A stretch of DNA of 64,000 nucleotides, taken from positions 144,086-208,085 of the IMG/VR virus record IMGVR_UViG_3300032123_000052; one strand, given 5' to 3'. Below the pieces are notes generated by a model that was not told where the DNA came from, did no database searches, and worked only from the letters and a program-made list of their open reading frames with translations. A program made the position numbers and the translations under genes. This document shows positions 57,109 through 64,000 of the stretch, piece by piece (the stretch's first letter is position 1; every line of letters starts with the position of its first letter). The stretch comes from a virus. Lineage: Duplodnaviria; Caudoviricetes.

Positions 57109-60100
57109 ATGTTTGATTTCTGGGCTTTTTTGAGAAAAAGATGGTCTGAGTATTCTAAATCCAGAGGCCAGAGAGGTACAGTTATTGACGACCTTGCCGT
57201 TAAGCCGGCTGGATTGATTCTGTCTGATTTTTATAATGCTCTTGCTGAACAAAGGCGTGTAAATAATGTGACTCTTTGGAAAACAATGACTGATGAAGAA
57301 ATGAATTTCTTTGGAAATAAATTTTTCTTTCCGAGGATAGATGGTGAATTCTCTATTGGGTCGATAAGGATTTATTTCAATGAGAAAAAGGATATAGAGC
57401 TTTCCACCATTGCGCGGCTTGTTTCCAATAAAGGATTGCAATACAAGCCGACACAACCAGGAAGAATATCAGGAAGTTCATTCAGCCATTCCACAGACAG
57501 GATTGCCCTTTATCATATAGATATACCTATTATTGCTGTATCAAAGGGTGATGAGTATAACACTGACGCAAATGAGATAACTCAGCTCGTTAATATTGAA
57601 TTCACTTACCAGTCTGTAACCAACCCGGAAGATATAATCCGTGGTTCCAAATACGAAACAAATGAAGAATACTTCAATCGTCTAATATATTCAATTAATG
57701 ACAGAAGTATGATGAATAAAAAGAGTATGATTGTCATTCTTCCCGAGTTCTTTCCGGTTATTAATGCGATGTATATAGCTGGATCGGGTGATCGGTATAT
57801 GCAGCGTGATTTGATTACCGGTGTTGACTTGTCAATACCTTTTAAGAAGGCCGATTATCTCGGAAAACTGAATGGTGAGAATATAGTAAAACACATCGGA
57901 TTCCATGGTATCTTTCCTCCGAATGTTGGAAGCCTTCAATCAGAGAGGTATTATGGACCTCATTCAGCAATTTCAAACTATCGCTACCCACTCACAATAG
58001 AAAAATCAGCAACAGCATTTAACCCTAATCAGATTGATCCGCGTGAAAGTGATCCAGCGTTTCTCGGGTTCCCACTTGATCAGGAATGTACCGATGATAT
58101 GTATAAAGGGCTTTTCTTTAATGATTATAAACGTCTCATGGAACTGGCCACTGAGGATCTTTTTGATATCGCTGATGAGAACATTGGGTTTAATGCAGTG
58201 CTTCCAGATTCGACATGGAGGTTTGGCGCACACGGATTGAAGCCAGGAAATTTCGGTAGGCTTTCCGATGATGCCCAGGATGCAAATGTAATCAGCTTGT
58301 TCGATACTGAGATACGGATGGCTGGTGGTGCGTACAATTCAACATCTATTGGAAAAAACATTCTGAAGCGAACCGGTTTAAAGTTAACAGGTTCTTTTAC
58401 TTATCCTGAGCCTGAAGATGAAGACTCGCCAATACTGAATAGCAATCTTCAAATAATGGTTGGAGGAATTAATGACACCAACCTGGTTGATGGGTATACA
58501 GGTATTGGGTTCGGTGTAAGGATGACTGATATTTATGACGGTGGGGATATTGATATTCCAAACGCCGTGATCTACTTTGCTCACAATGAAAAGTATGGAA
58601 CAGCCCAAGTATATGCCACAGATTTTGATATTAGCGATCACATTTCAATTTCTGATATAGGGGCACTGGCCGAAAAGGAGTTCAGGATTCAGCCTAATAT
58701 CGAATATGAATTCGAATTCATTATCTATGACGATCTGCGAGTATCACTATACCTTTATAAAACCAGCGAGCAACAACCGTCTGACCCGGATGAAAAAGAG
58801 AATGAACTTCATTTCGAGCTTCCACGCAAAGTCCTTGGAATTTTTTCTGATTCAGATAAACAAGGTCTTCTTTCAACTCAAAATACCAGGTATGGAACAA
58901 CAATGAAAATTACACTGGATACCAAGTCTCTTGTTCCAGAGCATATGTGGCTGGTTAGCAGTCTCAAGGCTTTTGATACAAATCCTGCCGCCGTCATGGC
59001 GCTGTATGCAATCAATATGGAAGGGATAGAAAGTCCTGTATCTCTTTTTCTCAGAGCTTTCGGGGCAAGTGCAGTAAGTGGCGCAAGCGCCGATGGGTAC
59101 CAGGCATTCTTATGGGACAAAGAGATCCAAACAACAGCCTCTGGCTCATCAGAGCTGACCAGGGGTGGGTGGGCTGAAGCGAATGGGATATCCAACCCAG
59201 ACAGCTCAAAGAGTATTGCCAGTGGCCTTCTCAAGCACGATATAGCCAATCTTGATCGATATTTGATTGATAGTAAATTCGGTAAGAATATATTTGTCCT
59301 AGTAGTAACAACCGGACAATCAAAAGGCCCAATACGATACAATGGGGATGTCAGAGACGACATCCATTCAATGCTTCGTATTGATTATATAAAAGCAGAA
59401 AGTGCAAATATTGCATCATATCACGCAAATAATAAAGCTGATGTATATCTCGCTACCCTGAACAACTCAGAGGAATATGAAGTCGTTACTACAACTCTTA
59501 TTAAGCAACCTATTGATACTTATTTTGAGATGAGCCTCAAAAATGAATGCAAGATACCTGTCGTCGAAATAATTTCAATAACTATGGGAACTACCGTTAG
59601 TGATACTGACGCTCTCGCAGAAACAGAATATTCAATAATTGATCCAAATCCTCTTTTAATTAATTCTTCAAAAGAAAAAAAACGTATAGTGCTGAATGAA
59701 GCCGATGCTGATACCATTACTGTTGAGTATCGAACGTATCCTGAGATTGGGCGTATCCAGGATTTTTTTGAAAGCTCTATTTATCAGAAAATATACGGTG
59801 ACATCCTTGTGAAACACAAACTGCCATGCGATCTTAATTTTACTGTTTTCTATACTGGTGATATTAATGATGGCCAATTGATAACAGAGATAAGAAAATA
59901 TGTGGACGACAATATTGACGGTGTATTTTCTGTACGGAATTTTATTAGCTATCTCTATAATGCTGAGCTGGTCAATAATATCCAAGAACCTATTGAGATA
60001 TCGTATACTAAGTGGAACGATGAGTGGGAGCAGGAAACGGGGACTTTTACCGATGAGCTTCCAATAAGGACAATCGATTTTTTCAGGATTGTCAATCTGA

Positions 60101-60117
60101 ATGTGCAGAAACTGTAA
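57109..60117 (+). CDS. baseplate J/gp6-like wedge protein (1002 aa)
   Basis: DDLAVKP N-terminus, V.NPE..I.GS..ETNEEY..R motif. Confidence 0.65.
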   Translation: MFDFWAFLRKRWSEYSKSRGQRGTVIDDLAVKPAGLILSDFYNALAEQRRVNNVTLWKTMTDEEMNFFGNKFFFPRIDGEFSIGSIRIYFNEKKDIELSTIARLVSNKGLQYKPTQPGRISGSSFSHSTDRIALYHIDIPIIAVSKGDEYNTDANEITQLVNIEFTYQSVTNPEDIIRGSKYETNEEYFNRLIYSINDRSMMNKKSMIVILPEFFPVINAMYIAGSGDRYMQRDLITGVDLSIPFKKADYLGKLNGENIVKHIGFHGIFPPNVGSLQSERYYGPHSAISNYRYPLTIEKSATAFNPNQIDPRESDPAFLGFPLDQECTDDMYKGLFFNDYKRLMELATEDLFDIADENIGFNAVLPDSTWRFGAHGLKPGNFGRLSDDAQDANVISLFDTEIRMAGGAYNSTSIGKNILKRTGLKLTGSFTYPEPEDEDSPILNSNLQIMVGGINDTNLVDGYTGIGFGVRMTDIYDGGDIDIPNAVIYFAHNEKYGTAQVYATDFDISDHISISDIGALAEKEFRIQPNIEYEFEFIIYDDLRVSLYLYKTSEQQPSDPDEKENELHFELPRKVLGIFSDSDKQGLLSTQNTRYGTTMKITLDTKSLVPEHMWLVSSLKAFDTNPAAVMALYAINMEGIESPVSLFLRAFGASAVSGASADGYQAFLWDKEIQTTASGSSELTRGGWAEANGISNPDSSKSIASGLLKHDIANLDRYLIDSKFGKNIFVLVVTTGQSKGPIRYNGDVRDDIHSMLRIDYIKAESANIASYHANNKADVYLATLNNSEEYEVVTTTLIKQPIDTYFEMSLKNECKIPVVEIISITMGTTVSDTDALAETEYSIIDPNPLLINSSKEKKRIVLNEADADTITVEYRTYPEIGRIQDFFESSIYQKIYGDILVKHKLPCDLNFTVFYTGDINDGQLITEIRKYVDDNIDGVFSVRNFISYLYNAELVNNIQEPIEISYTKWNDEWEQETGTFTDELPIRTIDFFRIVNLNVQKL

Positions 60118-60135
60118 TCCAATAAGGAGCTGGGT

Positions 60136-63100
60136 ATGAGTTTAATGTATAAGGGTTTTGATCTTAATGATCTCAATACCCCAAAGCCGTGGGCGCTGCG
60201 TGAAACCAATTCGTGGCTAGACCTGGTTAACACTGCAGTTGGTGATACTCTTACTGATTTTAAAGAGGTGTCGGGCCATAAGCATAATAAAATATACAGC
60301 CCGCTTGGTGTTGCTGGGATAGAGATTGGGGCTGCTGGTGATGCGCAGGCGCTCAGCCTGACTGTTGCTGGGGTTGTGACTAATCAGGCGACAGGTTCTT
60401 TAGGAACAGTTGCAGTTCTTCCCATCAACCTTGGCGGAACAAATAGTGACGCGGCGCTGAATAATGACCGGGTAATGGTAAGTAATGGAGGAAAGATTGT
60501 TGAAGATCCAATAACGGCAGCAGAGCTTGCGCTTCTTGGTGGCATGGTGTCAGTATCAACAGGCGCCAGCGATAATGATAAATTTGTTACACAGGGGTAT
60601 GTTGATGATGCAGGGTTAATAGCAAGTTTATGGGATAGATCACATACAACATTATCACCTGGCATCGTTGGGGATAATATCGCTGTTGAAAACAATCTTT
60701 TGTCAAATCAATCCGATGGTAATTATCTAGGTAGAACTCATATCACAGAAAATCAATTAGCATTGTCAAATTTTGGTAATACGTGGGTACAAAAAGGAAC
60801 AGTTCAGAGTTGGTATGGTATTGCAATGTCTTCGGATGGAAAGATACAGACAGCAGTTGCCTTTAATGTTAACTATATCTGGACATCAGCTGACTACGGA
60901 GCTACGTGGGTACAAAAGGGCATAGCTCAGAGATGGACTAGTATTGCAATGTCTTCCGATGGGAAAATACAGACAGCCGTTGCCTATAATGATAGTTATA
61001 TTTATGTTTCTGATGATTATGGTGACACATGGGTACAAAAGGGAACAATTAAGAAATGGAAAGGCGTTGCAATGTCTTCCGATGGAGAGATACAGACTGC
61101 CGTTTCCTATGATAATTATATTTGGACATCTGCTGACTATGGTGATACGTGGATACAAAAGGGAACAATCAAGTATTGGTATGATATTGCAATGTCTTCC
61201 GATGGAAAGATACAGACAGCTGTTGCCTTTAATGGTTATATTTATATATCGAATGACTATGGTGATACGTGGATACAAAAGGGAACAGTTCAGGATTGGA
61301 ATAGTGTTGCGATGTCAAGCGATGGAAAGATACAGACAGCGATTGTCTATGATGGTTATATCTGGATATCTTCTGACTATGGTGATACGTGGATACAAAA
61401 GGAAACAGTTCAATATTGGTATGATATTGCAATGTCTTCCGATGGAAAGATACAGACTGTCTCTGCTTTTAATGATTATCTTTATATTTCTGATGACTAT
61501 GGTGATACGTGGATACAAAAGGAAACAGTTCGGGGTTGGCACGGTATTGCAATGTCAAGTGACGGAAAGATACAGACTGCCGTTTGTTGGGAGGGTTATA
61601 TTTATGTTTCCCGTGCTGATTCTGTTATCAGGGGTAAAGTTACGCTTGTTGGAAGCCTGGAACTTGCGAATGGAACTTCAATAAACAATATAGTCGCTGC
61701 AACAGCCTACACGGATACTGACAATTGTATCTGGACTGGCTCTAATATAATTGACTACGTAGAGTCTCAGGCTTCGGGAGGGAATTATTGGGATAGAGCA
61801 GGCACGGTATTGTCACCGCATACCGCCGGGGATAACGTTGCTACTACTGGGGTAATAACAGGCAACTCGTTAATTACAGGTGGTGATATAGGTGTAGCGG
61901 CAGATGCGGATTTGATTCAGCTTGCAGATGATACAATACAGATTAATGGACATATAGGAATTAAAGGGGCGCCAGGTAACTGGCATACTGATGTGAGAAA
62001 CGTCATACAGTTCGATTCAAGTGTAGCTGGGCATGGTGCAGCTATTTATCAAAAAGCTACTGACTTTGGTATGGTTGTTAATGCTATTTATGATGCAACC
62101 GATGACAGATGGGAATGGATGACTACTAATGCTTTTGCTAATAGAATAAAATCGTTAGCCTCTGAATGGGATATTGAAGTCCTGGCCGACTATAGCCATA
62201 GTGTAGGAGACGAGATAGTGTGGGATAATTCTAATTGTTTTTCGGTTCAATCTGGTATTGGTACGCATGTTAATTTTAACCAAAAAGATTATGACTTCAG
62301 TGTACATGCGAATGGAATTGCAAATGCTTTACATGTAGATGGTGCAACAGGTCGTATAGGGATAGGTTGGAAATTGGATGCAGACTGGGATTCTAACTTT
62401 AAGGTTCTTTCGATAGGTATTGATGGGGCTAATTCATATAAGCATAGTATCTATACTAATATCACAGATACAACTTTAGGTATAGTAACAGGAGGGGTTT
62501 ATTATGATGCAACAGATACTCGTTGGGAACATTATGCTAACGGTTTTTCTACTCCAGTACAAATTGAATTAGCAGCGGGACGTTTTGATTTTAAAATCGC
62601 TGACGGTTCTACAAGTACCGCAGGTACCGAAGTATTTTTTAATAAGCATTTTATTGTGGATAGATATAATATTGTTCATTATAGGTATGACAATAATTCG
62701 TCTCCAGCTTCACTTCTCCTAATAAAAAAGAAGCTTAGTAGTGGGGTTGTTCAACCCGGATTAGATGACGATGTGATAGGTTCTATTTGTTTTCAGGGAT
62801 ACAATGATGCAGGTACTCCCCAAGATCTTGTTTACGGAGCGATAAAAACTTCAATTGAAGATGCCTCAGATGGTGTTGAAAAAGGTAAAGTCAGTATTTG
62901 GGAATACGTTGATGGTGTGGATACGGAAGTTTTCACAATAGTTAATGGCAATAGTGGTATAGACAACGCTTCCCCTGAAAGACTCCTTACAGTTGGAGGT
63001 GCTCACGATAATCCAGCTATTTCATTGAATCGTTCTACAATAACTTGGACAGCAAATCAAAAAACAGCTTTTGGATGTGTTGACGGAGAGGGCGGGTTTA

Positions 63101-64000
63101 CAAGACTGGCTTCTGATATTTTAGGAGGAATTGCTTACAAGTCTTTTTCAAAAGGTGCAGCATCTGATTTCAACGCAGTGTCTCAAGCATATTCGGAAAA
63201 TGATCTAACGACTTATGGTTCATTTCTGTTCGTAGGTTTTAAGCATGACGGTTCTGGCGGTTTAACAGATCACGGAGATGCTGCAAAAATATTTGAAGTG
63301 AGAAATAACACCAGTATATTAATGACTATTTTGGGTAACTCTTATACTGGTATAGACAACGCTTCCCCTGAAAGATTATTGACAGTCGGAGGCGCTACAG
63401 ATTATCCTACAATTTCACTTAACAGATCAACCATAACTTGGACAACAGACCAAAAATCTGCTTTTGGATGTGTTGACGGAGAAGCGGGAAATTATCAAAT
63501 ATTCCAAAACACTACAGGTGGAATATACCATAGGTATTTTTCAAAAGCTGCTGCATCTGGTGTTAACGCAGTGTTTTATGCATTCTCTGAAAATGATCTA
63601 ACATTCCAGGGTTCATTTGCATTTCGAGCTTACAAGCATGACGGTTCTGGAGGTTTAACAGACCACGGAGATGCTGCAAAAATATTTGAAGTGCGAAACA
63701 ATGCCACGTCGTTAATGACTATTTTGGGTAACTCTTATACTGGTATCGACAACGCATCTCCTTCCAGACTCCTCACAGTCGGAGGGGCTACAGACTATCC
63801 TACTATCTCACTTAACAGATCAACGATTACTTGGACTGCAAATCAAAAATCTGCTTTTGGATGTGTTGATGGAGAGGGTGGAAATTTAACACTATATAGC
63901 AATACTACTGGAGGGATTTATCATAAATATATTTCAAAAGCCGCGGCATCTGGTTTCAACGCGCTGTTTCAGGCATTTTCTGAACATGATCTAACAACTC
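60136..64000 (+). CDS. long tail fibre / receptor-binding protein, partial (at least 1288 aa; absent from track because it has no stop)
   Basis: AAGGAG RBS, ATG at 60136, open to window end; 7 Asp-box repeats and 131-aa tandem modules. Confidence 0.9.
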   Translation, partial: MSLMYKGFDLNDLNTPKPWALRETNSWLDLVNTAVGDTLTDFKEVSGHKHNKIYSPLGVAGIEIGAAGDAQALSLTVAGVVTNQATGSLGTVAVLPINLGGTNSDAALNNDRVMVSNGGKIVEDPITAAELALLGGMVSVSTGASDNDKFVTQGYVDDAGLIASLWDRSHTTLSPGIVGDNIAVENNLLSNQSDGNYLGRTHITENQLALSNFGNTWVQKGTVQSWYGIAMSSDGKIQTAVAFNVNYIWTSADYGATWVQKGIAQRWTSIAMSSDGKIQTAVAYNDSYIYVSDDYGDTWVQKGTIKKWKGVAMSSDGEIQTAVSYDNYIWTSADYGDTWIQKGTIKYWYDIAMSSDGKIQTAVAFNGYIYISNDYGDTWIQKGTVQDWNSVAMSSDGKIQTAIVYDGYIWISSDYGDTWIQKETVQYWYDIAMSSDGKIQTVSAFNDYLYISDDYGDTWIQKETVRGWHGIAMSSDGKIQTAVCWEGYIYVSRADSVIRGKVTLVGSLELANGTSINNIVAATAYTDTDNCIWTGSNIIDYVESQASGGNYWDRAGTVLSPHTAGDNVATTGVITGNSLITGGDIGVAADADLIQLADDTIQINGHIGIKGAPGNWHTDVRNVIQFDSSVAGHGAAIYQKATDFGMVVNAIYDATDDRWEWMTTNAFANRIKSLASEWDIEVLADYSHSVGDEIVWDNSNCFSVQSGIGTHVNFNQKDYDFSVHANGIANALHVDGATGRIGIGWKLDADWDSNFKVLSIGIDGANSYKHSIYTNITDTTLGIVTGGVYYDATDTRWEHYANGFSTPVQIELAAGRFDFKIADGSTSTAGTEVFFNKHFIVDRYNIVHYRYDNNSSPASLLLIKKKLSSGVVQPGLDDDVIGSICFQGYNDAGTPQDLVYGAIKTSIEDASDGVEKGKVSIWEYVDGVDTEVFTIVNGNSGIDNASPERLLTVGGAHDNPAISLNRSTITWTANQKTAFGCVDGEGGFTRLASDILGGIAYKSFSKGAASDFNAVSQAYSENDLTTYGSFLFVGFKHDGSGGLTDHGDAAKIFEVRNNTSILMTILGNSYTGIDNASPERLLTVGGATDYPTISLNRSTITWTTDQKSAFGCVDGEAGNYQIFQNTTGGIYHRYFSKAAASGVNAVFYAFSENDLTFQGSFAFRAYKHDGSGGLTDHGDAAKIFEVRNNATSLMTILGNSYTGIDNASPSRLLTVGGATDYPTISLNRSTITWTANQKSAFGCVDGEGGNLTLYSNTTGGIYHKYISKAAASGFNALFQAFSEHDLTT
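60781..61620 (+). repeat. 7 x 120-123 nt repeats encoding an Asp-box (BNR) beta-propeller
   Basis: Units start 60781, 60904, 61027, 61147, 61267, 61387, 61507; TWxQKG..W..IAMSSDGKIQTA..Y...S.DYG. Confidence 0.9.
62956..64000 (+). repeat. 393-nt (131-aa) tandem repeat, at least 2.6 copies
   Basis: Units start 62956, 63349, 63742 (GIDNASP.RLLTVGGA...). Confidence 0.9.

Noticed and set aside
1132-59985. Numerous 60-165 aa track ORFs antisense to or nested in longer genes
   Set aside because: No RBS, atypical composition, and opposite to the local transcription block.
44633-61620. Diversity-generating retroelement acting on the Fib_succ_major domain or the propeller
   Set aside because: No reverse transcriptase and no TR/VR pair differing only at adenines in the window.

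Overview
64 kb segment of a large (jumbo-type) tailed bacteriophage read in the standard bacterial code. Four strand blocks: 1-27.6 kb (-) small accessory and nucleic-acid genes; 27.7-34.9 kb (+); 34.9-46 kb (-) small accessory genes; 46.2-64 kb (+) contractile-tail/baseplate genes, a phage sigma factor and a long tail fibre that runs off the right edge. The standout locus (19.5-21.9 kb, minus strand) encodes a 442-aa TnpB/Cas12f-like protein whose RuvC catalytic motifs look degenerate and whose C-terminal zinc finger/RuvC-III part is missing. Downstream lie a 76-nt tracrRNA-like RNA, a CRISPR array with type I-E-like geometry (29-nt repeats, 32-nt spacers) and a second, covarying copy of the tracr-like RNA. 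Several spacers look like ribosome-binding-site/start-codon or promoter sequences, suggesting a phage RNA-guided gene-silencing system. Also present: a tmRNA with a non-canonical tag, an IscB/omegaRNA element inserted in a small gene next to an ATGA motif, a dispersed family of attC-like palindromes at accessory-gene boundaries with no integrase in the window, a predicted -1 frameshift in a tail chaperone-like gene, and a Fibrobacter-major-domain protein that hints at a Fibrobacterota-like host. All assignments come from reading motifs by eye; no database searches were run.
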